In this document: positions 24,801-37,577 of the stretch, one piece after another
Layout of the letters: each line of letters opens with the position of its first letter
Numbering within the stretch: position 1 is the first letter of the stretch
From: Mustelus asterias
Taxonomy: Eukaryota
DNA: 64,000 nt
Direction of reading: 5' to 3'
NCBI RefSeq assembly: GCF_964213995.1
Contig: NW_027590593.1
Location: 1 to 64,000, forward strand
The notes under the pieces: generated by a model
Databases searched by the model: none
What the model was told of the DNA's origin: nothing
Seen by the model: the letters and a program-made list of their open reading frames with translations, nothing else
Made by a program: the position numbers and the translations under genes

Positions 24801-27800
24801 TAGAGGGGTCATGTAATGAGTCGCTGTGGGTGGAGCTCAGAAACAGGAAAGGTGCAATCACTGTGCTGGGGGTATACTACAGGCCACCCAACAGCCCACA
24901 GGAAGTGAAGGAACGGATATGTCAGGAGATTCTGGATATGTGCAGAAAAAATAGGGTTGTTGTAGTGGGAGACTTCCATTTCCCTGGTATAGACTGGAAT
25001 GTGCTTAGGGCTGGGGGTCTGGACGGGGAGGAATTTATAAAATGCGTACTGGAAAGTTCTTTGGAACAGTATGTAGATAGCCCAACTCGAGAGGGGGCTA
25101 TACTGGATCTAGTTCTGGAAAATGAGCCCGGTCAGGTCGTCAATGTTTCGGTAGGGGAACATGTGGCAAATAGTGACCACAACTCTGTTAACTTTAGGAT
25201 AGTAATGGACAAGGACGAGTGTTGTCCTCAGGGTAGGGTGCTAAATTGGGGGAAGGCTAACTATAGCCGGATTAGGCAGGAATTGGTGGCCGTTGATTGG
25301 GAGGGGCTGTTCGGGGGTAAGTCCACATCTGGCATGTGGGAGTCTTTTAAAGGAACAGTTGATAAGGCTGCAGGACAGGCATGTGCCTGTAAAAAGGAAG
25401 GATAGGAAAGGTAGGATTCGAGAGCCGTGGATAGCCAGGGAAATTGAAAATCTGATCAAAAAGAAAAGAGAGGCGTATGTTAAGTCCAGGCAACTGAAAA
25501 CAGATGCAGCTCTGGAGGAATACAGAGAGAGTACCTGTACAGGGCATTGGTGAGGCCGCAGCTGGAATACTGTGTGCAGTATTGGTCCCCTTATATGAGG
25601 AAGGATATATTGGCATTGGAGGGAGTGCAGAGAAGGTTCACCAGGTTGATACCGGAGATGAGGGGTTTGGATTATGAGGAGAGGCTGAGGAGATTGGGTT
25701 TGTACTCGTTGGAGTTTAGAAGGATGAGGGGGGATCTTATGGAGACTTATAAGATAATGCGGGGGCTGGATAGGGTGGAGGCGGAGAGGTTCTTTCCACT
25801 TAGTAAGGAAGTTAAAACTGGAGGACACAGCCTCAAAATAAAGGGGGGTCGGTTTAAGACAGAGTTGAGGAGGAACTTCTTCTCCCAGAGGGTGGTGAAT
25901 CTCTGGAATTCTCTGCCCACTGAGGTGGTGGAGGCTACCTCGCTGAATATGTTTAAAGCGCGGATGGATGGATTCCTGATCGGTAAGGGAATTAAGGGTT
26001 ATGGGGATCAGGCGGGTAAGTGGTACTGATCCAAGTCAGATCAGCCATGATCTTATTGAATGGCGGGGCAGGCTCGAGGGGCTAGATGGCCTACTCCTGC
26101 TCCTATTTCTTATGTTCTTATGTTCTTAGTAGGAAAGAACTCAAACGGGGAGTTCGAAGGGCAAAAGGAAGTCACAAAATGTTCTTGGCAGACAGGCTTA
26201 AGGAGAATCCTAAGGCATTTTATTCATATGTTAGGAACAAAAGAGTTGTCAGGGAAAAAGTCGGACCTCTCGGGGACAAAGGAGGGGAATTATGCTGAGA
26301 ACCCAAGGGAATAGGGGAGATCCTAAATGAATACTTTGCATCGGTATTCACAAGGGAGAGGGACTTGTTGACTGGGAGTGTCACAGAGGGAGGTGTTGAC
26401 CCGTTAGAGAGAATCTCCATTACAAGGGAGGAAGTGTTAGGTTTTTTAGGTAACATTAAAATTGACAAATCCCCAGGGCCTGATGGCATCTATCCTCGAC
26501 TGCTCAGGGAGACAAGAGATGTAATTGCTGGGCCTCTGACCAAAATCTTTGTCTCTTCATTGGACACAGGTGAGGTCCCTGAGGATTGGAGGATAGCGAA
26601 TGTGGTACCGTTATTTAAGAAGGGTAGCAGGGATAACCCGAGTTATTATAGGCCAGTGAGCTTGACGTCCGTGATAGGGAAGTTATTGGAGAGGACTCTT
26701 AGAGACAGGATGTATGTGCATTTAGAACGGAACAATCTCATTAGTGACAGACAGCATGGTTTTGTAAGAGGGAGGTCGTGCCTTACAAATTTGGTGGAGT
26801 TTTTTGAGGAAGTGACAAAAACGATTGACGAAGGAAGGGCCGTGGATGTCGTCTATATGGATTTCAGTAAGGCATTTGACAAAGTCCCTCATGGCAGGTT
26901 GGTTAAGAAGGTTAAGGCTCATGGGACACAAGGAGAGGTGGCTAGATGGGTAGAGAACTGGCTTGGCCACAGGAGACAGAGGGTAGCGGCCGATGGGTCT
27001 TTTTCCGACTGGAGGTCTGTAACCAGTGGTGTTCCGCAGGGCTCTGTACTGGGACCTCTGCTATTTGTGATATATATAGAAATGATTTGGAAGAAGGTGT
27101 AACTGGTGTTATCAGCAAGTTTGCGGATGACACGAAGATGGCTGGACTTGCGGATAGCGATGAACATTGTCGGACAATACAGCAGGATATAGATAGGCTG
27201 GAAAATTGGGCGGAGAAATGGCAGATGGAATTTAATCCAGATAAATGCGAAGTGATGCATTTTGGAAGAACTAATGTAGGGGGGAGTTATACAATAAATG
27301 CCAGAGCCATCAAGAGTATAGAAACACAGAGGGACCTAGGTGTGCAAGTCCACAAATCCTTGAAGGTGGCTGCACAGGTGGAGAAGGTGGTGAAGAAGGC
27401 ATATGGTATGCTTGCCTTTATAGGATGGGGTATAGAGTATAAAAGCTGGAGTCTGATGTTGCAGCTGTATAGAACGCTGGGTCGGCCACATTTGGAGTAT
27501 TGCGTCCAGTTCTGGTCGCCACACTACCAGAAGGACGTGGAGGCTTTAGGGTGAGGTGGGGGGGGGGGGGCAGGGTGGGAGGGGTGGGGGGGGGCTGAGA
27601 GAGCGTGAGGGACACAGAGAGAGAAAGTGAGAGAGAGAGAAAAAGAGAAGGAGGGTTTGTGAAAGTGAGAGAAAGAGAGAGAAATGAAGATGGTCACAGA
27701 GGGAAAGTACAATGGAAGCAGAGAATGAGGATTAAGAGGGGAGTGAGAGAGATCGGAAGAAAGCCTGTCGGAGGGAGAGATGAATAGCGATTATGTGACA

Positions 27801-30800
27801 GAGAATGAGTAAGAGATAGAGTGAAGGGGGAAGGAGCAAAATGTGAGAAATAATATGAGACGATGATAGTTAAAGAAGGAGCTGTGAGACTCACCTGGTG
27901 GAATGGGTTGAGGCTCCCATCATCACAGGTTAAATAGTAACTGAGTAAATCTGGGAGAGAGCAAAGCTTAATCACCAAGAGTAAAGCTTCCGCTACACTG
28001 TCCCCATCAAACACTCCCAGGACAGGTACAGCACGGGGTTAAATACAGAGAAAAGCTCTCTCTACACTGTCCCCATCAAACACTCCCAGGACAGATACAG
28101 CATGGGGTTAGATACAGGGTAAAGCTCCCTCTACACTGTCCCCATCAAACACTCCCAGGCCAGGTACCGCACGGGGTTAGATACAGAGTAAAGCTCCCTC
28201 CACACTGTCCCCATCAAACACTCCCAGGACAGGTACCGCACGGGGTTAGATACAGAGTAAAGCTCCCGTTACACTGTCCCCATCAAACACTCCCAGGACA
28301 GATACAGCACGGGGTTAGATACAGAGAAAAGCTCCCGTTACACTGTTCCCATCAAACATTCCCAGGACAGATACAGCACAGGGTTAGATACAGAGTAAAG
28401 CTCCCTCTACACTGTTCCCAGCAAACATTCCCAGGACAGATACAGCACAGGGTTAGATACAGAGTAAAGCTCCCTCTACACTGTTCCCATCAAACATTCC
28501 CAGGACAGGTACAGCACGGGGTTAGATACAGAGTGAAGCTCCCTCTACACTGTCCCCCATCAAACATTCCCAGACAGATACAGCACGGGGTTAGACACAG
28601 AGTAAAGCTCCCTCTACACTGTCCCCATCAAACACTCCCAGGACAGGTACAGCATGGGGTTAGATACAGAGTAAAGCTCCCTCTACACTGTTCCCAGCAA
28701 ACATTCCCAGGACAGATACGGCACAGGGTTAGATACAGAGTGAAGCTCCCTCTACACTGTCCCCATCAAACACTCCCAGGACAGGTACAGCACGGGGTTA
28801 GATACAGAGTAAAGCTCCCTCTACACTGTTCCCATCAAACATTCCCAGGACAGGTACAGCACGGGGTTAGAGACAGAGTGAAGGTGGGGATTGATGGTTT
28901 TCGATGAGCCTTTGCTTTCTTTCTTTGGATGGTTCCAGGCGTTTTCCTCGTTTCTGTCTCCCTCTCACACTTTCTCTCACTCGGTCCCCTCCCATTTCTT
29001 CTCAGTCTCCCTCGCTCTGCCTCAGTCTATCTCTCTCAGTCCCTCTCTCTGTATCAGTGACCCTCGCTATCTCCCTTTCTCTCTCTATGTCATGTTCCCT
29101 CCCCTTCTCCCGAGTCCTGCGTTCTTACCTGCACTGAGTCCCAGTTCAGGCTGGGTTATGTTGATAATGGAGGAATCCGGGTCGATGCAGAAATCACCAA
29201 GCGCCTTTCGTTAAAACAGAACACACCAGCAAATCAGGACATTCACTCCAAATCTAATCATAGAACCCACCCCTCTCAACAACCGACACAAAGCCCAACC
29301 CCCCCCTTAAATAATCCCCACCACCCCTTAACAAATCTCCACCCCCCTTCCCCAATCCCCATCCCCAATCACGAACACGGTTATCCCAAACCTACTGTCA
29401 GAGGGTCAGTACTGAGGGAGTGCCGCACTGTCAGAGGGTCAGTAGTGAGGGAGTGCTGCACTGTCAGAGGGTCAGTACTGAGGGAGTGCCGCACTGTCAG
29501 AGGGTCAGTACTGAGGGAGTGCCGCACTGTCAGAGGGTCAGTACTGAGGGAGTGCCGCACTGTCAGAGGGTCAGTACTGAGGGAGTGCTGCACAGTCAGT
29601 GGATCAGTAGTGAGAGAGTGCCGCACTGTCAGAGGGTCAGTTCTGAGGGAGTGCCGCAGTGTCAGAGGGTCAGTGCTGAGGGAGTGCTGCACTGTCAGAA
29701 GGTCAGTACTGAGGGAGTGCTGCACTGTCAGAAGGTCAGTAATAAGGGAGTGCTGCACTGTCAGAGGATCAGTAGTGAGAGAGTGCCGCACTGTCAGAGG
29801 GTCAGTTCTGAGGGAGTGCCGCACTGTCAGAGGTTCAGTGCTGAGGGAGTGCTGCACTGTCAGAGGGTCAGTAGTGAGAGAGTGCCGCACTGTCAGAGGG
29901 TCAGTGCTGAGAGAGTGCTGCACTGTCAGAGGGTCAGTACGGAGGGAGTGCCGCACTGTCAGAGGGTCAGCACTGAGGGAGTGCTGCACTGTCAGAGGGT
30001 CAGTACTGAAGGAGTGCCGCACTGTCAGAGGGTCAGTACTGAGGGAGTGCTGCACTGTCAGAGGGTCAGTACTGAGGGAGTACCGCACTGTCAGGGGGTC
30101 AGTAATGACGAAGTGCTGCACCGTCAGAGGGTCAGTACTAAGTGAGTGCCGCACTGTCTGAGGATCAGTAGTGAGAGAGTGCCGCACTGTCAGAGGGTCA
30201 GTTCTGAGGGAGTGCTGCACTGTCAGAGGGTCAGTAGTGAGAGAGTGCCGCACTGTCAGAGGGTCAGTACTGAGTGAGTGCTGCACTGTCAGAGGGTCAG
30301 TGCTGGGGGAGTGCCGCACTGTCAGAGGGTTAGTACTGAGGGAGTGCCGCACTGTCAGAGGGTCAGTAGTGAGAGAGTGCCGCACTGTCAGAGGGTCAGT
30401 ACTGAGTGAGTGCTGCACTGTCAGAGGGTCAGTGCTGGGGGAGTGCCGCACTGTCAGAGGGTCAGTACTGAGGGAGTGCCGCACTGTCAGAGGGTCAGTA
30501 CTGAGGGAGTGCTGCACTGTCAGAGGGTCAGTACTGAGGGAGTGCTGCACTGTCAGAGGGTCAGTACTGAGGGAGTGCTGCACTGTCAGAGGGTCAGTAC
30601 TGAGGGAGTGCTGCACTGTCAGAGGGTCAGTACTGAGGGAGTGCCGCACTGTCAGAGGGTCAGTACTGAGGGAGTGCTGCACTGTCAGAGGGTCAGTACT
30701 GAGGGAGTGCTGCACTGTCAGAGGGTCAGTACTGAGGGAGTGCTGCACTGTCAGAGGGTCAGTACTGAGGGAGTGCTGCACTGTCAGAGGGTCAGTACTG

Positions 30801-33800
30801 AGGGTGTGCCGCACTGTCATAGTGTCGTACTGAGAGTGTGCTTCACTGTCAGAGTCAGTACTGAGAGTGTGCTTCACTGTCAGAGGGTCAGTACTGAGGG
30901 AGTGCCGCACTGTCAGAGGGTCAGTACTGAGGGAGTGCTGCACTGTCAGAGGGTCAGTACTGAGGGAGTGCTGCACTGTCAGAGGGTCAGTACTGAGGGA
31001 GTGCCGCACTGTCAGAGGGTCAGTACTGAGGGAGTGCTGCACTGTCAGAGGGTCAGTACTGAGGGAGTGCTGCACTGTCAGAGGGTCAGTACTGAGGGAG
31101 TGCTGCACTGTCAGAGGGTCAGTACTGAGGGAGTGCTGCACTGTCAGAGGGTCAGTACTGAGGGTGTGCCGCACTGTCATAGTGTCGTACTGAGAGTGTG
31201 CTTCACTGTCAGAGAGTCAGTACTGAGAGTGTGCTTCACTGTCAGAGGGTCAGTACTGAGGGAGTGCCGCACTGTCAGAGGGTCAGTACTGAGAGTGTGC
31301 TTCACTGTCAGAGGGTCAGTCGTGAGAGAGTATTGGATTTAGAGTTGCTCATTTTGTGGTATATTGCTGTGTTTAAATTAGCGATTAGGTTTCCTGAATA
31401 AACACATTGAGTGCATTTCACAGATACTGCATCGGCTGACAAACTCTCAGAGACTCGCCCTTTACTACATTCAGCTGCTTCCCCTTGTTGGGGTCAGTCA
31501 ATGGTGCTCTGCCACCCCGTGTCCCTCCTGCTACTCCCCCGCAGCCACTTACCAGCACTGCCACACTCTCCACACCCAGAGACAGCCAGCTCACTATCAG
31601 CCCCAGCATGGATAACGCTGTGAGTCTGTACAAGAGACAGGAAATGCAGGGTTCACATCAAACACAGAATAGCACTGGCATGAAGAACAGAGGGAGAGAG
31701 ACAGAGATATAGACAAGAGTGACAAAGAGAGGGAGCGAGAGGGACAGATAGAGAATGATGGAGACAGAGTGAGTGAGACAGAGATAAAGGGACAGAGACT
31801 GAAGGTGTGTAAGAGTGAGAGAGAGGAGAGGGACAGAGTGAGAGATTTGAAGACAAAATGAGAGAGTGAGACAGAGAGAGAAAGAAAGACAGGGAGAGAG
31901 AGAGAGGAAGAGACAAGGATAGACAAATACAGGTGTGAGAGAATGAAGACAAAGAGAGAGTGAGACAGAGAGAGAGCGACAGAGCAAGATGAGACAAAGA
32001 GACAGAGGGATAGAGAGACAATGAGAGAGAGAGACAGAGAAACGGAGAGAGAGGCAGACAGAGACACACAGAAAGAGTTGGAAAGAGAGACAGAAAGAGT
32101 GTGACAGAAAGATAGAGACAGAGAGAGAGAGAGAGAGAGAGACAGAGGAAAACAAAAAGTGAGAAAGATGGAGACAAAGAGACAGAGAGAGGGAAACAGA
32201 GAGGGAAACAGAGCGATAGAGAGAAACGGAGAGAGGGAGAGAAACGGAGAGAGGGAGAGAAACGGAGCGAGGGAGAGAAACGGAGAGAGGGAGAGAAACG
32301 GAGAGAGGGAGAGAAACGGAGAGAGGGAGAGAAACGGAGAGAGGGAGAGAAACGGAGAGAGGGAGAGAAACGGAGAGAGGGAGAGAAACGGAGAGAGGGA
32401 GAGAAGGAGAGAAAGAGAGAGCAAGTTAGAGAGAAACAAAGAGAGAAAGAGAGAGAGGCAGAGTGACAGAGTGACAGAGAAAATGAGGAAGAGAGATTGA
32501 GGGAGGTAGAGAGAGAAAGAGAATGTGATAGCGTGGGAGAGAGTGAGAGAGTGAGACAGAGTGATTGGTCTATCATCTGGATACTTACCCAATCAGCAGC
32601 CAGTTCCCCTGTCTCAGCAGTCCCAGGAAAACCAGAAGGCAGATTAACACATCCAGGAGAATGAGCAGCATATAGGCAAGCCACCTGCAGAGAGAGAGAG
32701 AGCGGTAGCGTGAGAGAGGGATGAACACATCTAGGAGAATGAGCAGCATATAGGCAAGCCACCTGCAGAGAGGGAGAGAGAGAGAGAGAGATAGCGTGGG
32801 AGAGAGAGTGTGTGTCAGTGTGGGAGAGAGAGAGATAATGTGATAGTGTGGGAGAAAGGGATTTAGAGAGTGTGTCAGGATGGGAGTGAGTGAAAGAGAG
32901 TGTGTGTCAGTGTGGGAGAGAGTGAGAGAGAGAATGTGATAGCATGGGAGAGAGGGAGAGATGCGGCATGGTGGCACAATGGTTAGCACTGCTGCCTCAC
33001 AGAGCCAGGGACCCGGGTTCAATTCTGACCTCGACTCACTGTCTGTGTGGAGTTTGCACATTCTCCTGTGTGGGTTTCCTCCGGGTGCTCTGGTTTCCTC
33101 CCACACTCCAAAGATATGCGGGTTAGGTGCATTGGCCTTGCTAAATTAACCCTTAATGTCCCAGGATGCGTGGGTTAGAGGGATTAGTGGGGTACATATG
33201 TGGGGTTATGGGGATAGGGCCTGGGTGGGATTGTTGTCGGTGCAGACTCGATGGGCCGAATGGCCTCTTTCTGCACTGTAGGGATTCTATGAGAGAGCTT
33301 AACACATCCAGGAGAAGAGAGATGGGGAGAAGAGAGTGAGAGATCTAGTGCGCGAGATAGAAAGAGACAGAATGTATTAGCATGGGAGAGCGGGGGAAAC
33401 GGAAAGATGGGGAGAAGAGCTAGAAAACAGGATAGTGATAGCGATAGTCAGTGAGAGACAATATGTAATCAAGTGGGAGAGAAGGAGGAAGAGAGGGGGG
33501 GGGAGAGAGAGACAGGGGGAGGCGGGGGGGGGGGGGGGGGGAGGGTGGAAAGAGAGAGAGAGAGACAGAATACAATTGTAGAAGGTGCAACACCTGCCCT
33601 TTCACCTCCTCCCTGCTCACCATCCCTGGGGCCCAACACGTCTTTCAGGTGAAGCAGCACTTCACATGCACCTCCTTCAATCTGGTCTATTGCATTCACT
33701 GCTCCCAATGCGGTCTACTCTACATTGGAGAGACTGAACACAGACTGCATGACTGCTTTGCTGAACACCTTCGGTCTGTCCGCAAGCAGGATCCAAAACT

Positions 33801-36800
33801 TCCTGTCACTTGCCACTTCAACGGCACCCTGTTCTCCTGCACACATGTCCACTCTTGGCCTTTTGTAATGTTCAAGCGAACCCCAACGCAAACTGCGGGA
33901 ACAGCACCTCATCCTCTGATTGGGCACTTCTGGACTGAACATTGAGTTCAACAACTTCAGAGCATGAACTCTCCCCACCACCTTCACCCCATTTCCATTT
34001 ATTTTATTTCATTTCATCTTTTCATTACATTCATCCATTTTATCACCTTTCATTCTTACTTCTATTTTTCCACCTCTCCAATTTTGTTCTCCATCTTGCC
34101 TCCAAATAGCCCCACTTGTGGGCAACTGCCACATTCCTCAGGCAGTCCTTTAACAATCTGTACCTCTGTTCTGCCATTCACACATTCTGACCACTTAATG
34201 GACACTTTTAGCACCTCTCTCAGCCTTCATCATCATCACCATTCACATTCCCTTTGTCCAATTACAATTGGAAAATCTAGAACTAGGAGTCACTGTTTAA
34301 AAATAAGGGGCGGCCCATTTCAGGTGGAGATGAGATGAATTGTTTTCACTCAGAAGTTCCAGAGTCTCTGGAACTGTCTTCCTCAAAAAGTAGTGGGAGC
34401 AGAGACTTTGAATATTCTTAAGACAGAGCAGGATAGATTCTCGATTAGCAAGGGGGTGAAAGTTTATCGAGGGTCGGCAGGAATGTGGGGTTGGGATTAC
34501 AATCAGATCAGCCACAATCGTATTGAATGGCGGAGCAGGTTCGAGGGGCTGAGTGGCCTACTCCTGCTCCTAATTCCTAAAGAACAAAGAACAGTACAGC
34601 ACAGGAAGCAGGCCCTTCGGCCCTCCAAGCCTGTGCCGCTCCTTGGTCCAACTGGACCAATCGTTTGTATCCCTCCATTCCCAGGCTGCTCATGTGACTA
34701 TCCAGGTAAGTCTTAAACGATGTCAGCGTGCCTGCCTCCACCACCCTACTTGGCAGCGCATTCCAGGCCCCCACCACCCTCTGTGTAAAAAACATCCCTC
34801 TGATATCTGAGTTATACTTCGCCCCTCTCACCTTGAGCCCGTGACCCCTCGTGATCATCACCTCCGACCTGGGAAAAAGCTTCCCACTGTTCACCCTATC
34901 TATACCCTTCATAATCTTGTACAGCTCTATTAGATCTCCCCTCATTCTCCGTCTTTCCAGGGAGAACAACCCCAGTTTACCCAATCTCTCCTCATAGCTA
35001 AGACCCTCCATACCAGGCAACATCCTGGTAAACCTTCTCTGCACTCTCTCTAACGCCTCCACGTCCTTCTGGTAATGTGGCGACCAGAACTGGACGCAGT
35101 ACTCCAAATGTGGCCTAACCAGCGTTCTATACAGCTGCATCATCAGACTCCAGCTTTTATACTCTATACCCCATCCTATAAAGGCAAGCATGCCATATGC
35201 CTTCTTCACCACCTTCTCCACCTGTGTTGCCACCTTCAAGGATTTGTGGACTTGCATACCTAGGTCCCTCTGTGTTTCTATACTCCTGATGACTCTGCCA
35301 TTTATTGTATAACTCCTCCCTACATTATTTCTTCCAAAATGCATCACTTTTCATATGAGAGAGAGACGGAGAGAAAGAGAGCCAGAGAGAGAAAGTCAGA
35401 TAGAGAGAGTGAGACAGAAATGCGTGGAAAGAGAGAGAGAGAATGAGGGAGCACAACAAGTTAAAAAAAGGGAGAAACAATAAAAGATAAAGAAAGAGCG
35501 AGACAGAGGATGAGATACTATACATTTTACTTAACCCTGTGCTGTACCTGTCCTGGGAGTGTTTGATGGGGACTGTGCAGAGGGAATGTTTGAGCTTTGT
35601 TCTGTACCTAACCCTGTGTCTGTCCTTGATTATGTGTGCGTGCGCATGTGCGTTCGTGCGCGTACATGTGCGTGTTTGCACGTATGTCTGTGTGTGTGTG
35701 TGCGTGCGTGCTAGTGCATGTGCACTGTGTGTGTGTGCATGTGTATGTATGTGCAGTTGTGTATGTTTGAGTATGAAGGTGGGATGCAAACTATCCTTTT
35801 TCTTGTTTTAGTAAAAGGGCTTCACTGCTGGATTATTTTAATTAGAGTTTCTCCCACACCCGGATACATTATTCACTGGGGACTGCGGGACACATTTCTG
35901 AAGGTGCCTGTGACTGAGGCCACCTCATATTGAGGGCTTTCAGGTCTGTCATCCCCTCACTAAGATTCCACTGTCAGTCTCCGTATCCCCTCTACCGAAC
36001 CTTGCCAAATTTGATAGGACTGAAATAGCTCACGATCTCCAACCTCTGTTGTCAAGAGAGGAGGGCCCCAGTTTGTCAATCCATTCCTGATACCTATACT
36101 TCTGATATCATCAGGGCGGCATGGTGGCTTAGTGGTTAGCACTGCTGTCTCACAGCTTCAGGGACCGGATTCGATTCCCGGCTCGGGTCACTGTCTGTGT
36201 GGAATTTGCATGTTCTCCCCGTGTCTGCGTGGGCTTCCTCCGGGTGCTCCAGTTTCCTCCTACAGTCAAGGATGTGCAGGTTAGGTGGATTGGCCATGGT
36301 AAATTGCCCCTCAGTGTACAAGGGGCATGTATGTAAGGGGCATTAGCTGGGTTGATATGTGGGGTTATGGGGATAGGGCCAGGGTAGAATGCTCTGGCAG
36401 AGAGTTGGCGCAGGCTCGATGGGCCGAATGGTCTGCTCCTGCACTGTTGGGTTTCAATGCTGATCCTTGTAAATCCCCTCCGCACCCTCGCTTTTTCCCT
36501 GATACGTTTTGTATGATGTGGTGACCAGGGGTTATTTCCCCCATGTTTATTTGCCCCCAGCTATTTGTCTGCCACATTGCCGCTGATCTTCGGGCAGCTC
36601 ACCTCACCTGTGGTCCTCGGCGTGTCTCCCCCTCTGGGCCAGCTCCAGCAGATCGAGCCTCAGGCCCCTCCAGAAGGCCAAGCGGCCCAGAAGTGAGAGC
36701 AGGGACTCGGCCTGACGACGGGCATTCCGCGTGATCACCAGGAACTCGGGACGCTCCCCGAAGATCTCCTCCAGGTGGGTCAGCTCCTCCCTCACTGTCC

Positions 36801-36933
36801 TACTCAGCATTGCTGTGGCATTGGACACCTGGAGACGGAGAGAGAGAGAGTGAGACAGAGCGAGAAAGAGACAGATAGAAACAGAGAGAGATAGAGACAG
36901 AGAAAGAGATAGAGAGAGAGACAGACAGCGATT

Positions 36934-36965
<32 letters not shown>

Positions 36966-37544
36966 CACAGAGAGAGAGAGACAAAGAGACAAACAAAGAA
37001 CAAAGAACAATACAGCACAGGAACAGGCCCTTCGGCCCTCCAAGCCTGCGCCGCTCATGTGCCCACCAGACCATTCTTTTGTATCCCTCTATTCCCAGTC
37101 TGTTCATGTGGTTATCCAGATAAGTTTTAAACGATCCCAGCGTGTCCGCCTCAATCACCTTGCTTGGCAGTGCATTCCAGACCCCCACCACCCTCTGTGT
37201 AAAATACGTCCCCCTGACATCTGTACAGACANNNNNNNNNNNNNNNNNNNNNNNNNNNNNNNNNNNNNNNNNNNNNNNNNNNNNNNNNNNNNNNNNNNNN
37301 NNNNNNNNNNNNNNNNNNNNNNNNNNNNNNNNNNNNNNNNNNNNNNNNNNNNNNNNNNNNNNNNNNNNNNNNNNNNNNNNNNNNNNNNNNNNNNNNNNAG
37401 ATAGAGAGGGAAAGATGGATAGAGGGAGAAAGAAGGATAGAGAGAGAGAAATGGATAGGGAGATAGAGAGAAACGAATAGAGAGATAGAGAGAAATGGAT
37501 AGAGAGATAGAGAGAAACGGATAGAGGGATAGAGAGAAATGGAT

Positions 37545-37577
<33 letters not shown>

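Noticed and set aside
27979-28883. Regular repeats resembling a CRISPR array
   Set aside because: Head-to-tail tandem units with no unique spacers, no cas genes, vertebrate intron.
29381-31342. Long ORFs (up to 599 aa) with 11-aa repeats; also 43365-44756 and 11513-12064
   Set aside because: Products of a stop-free 33-bp minisatellite, open in several frames on both strands.
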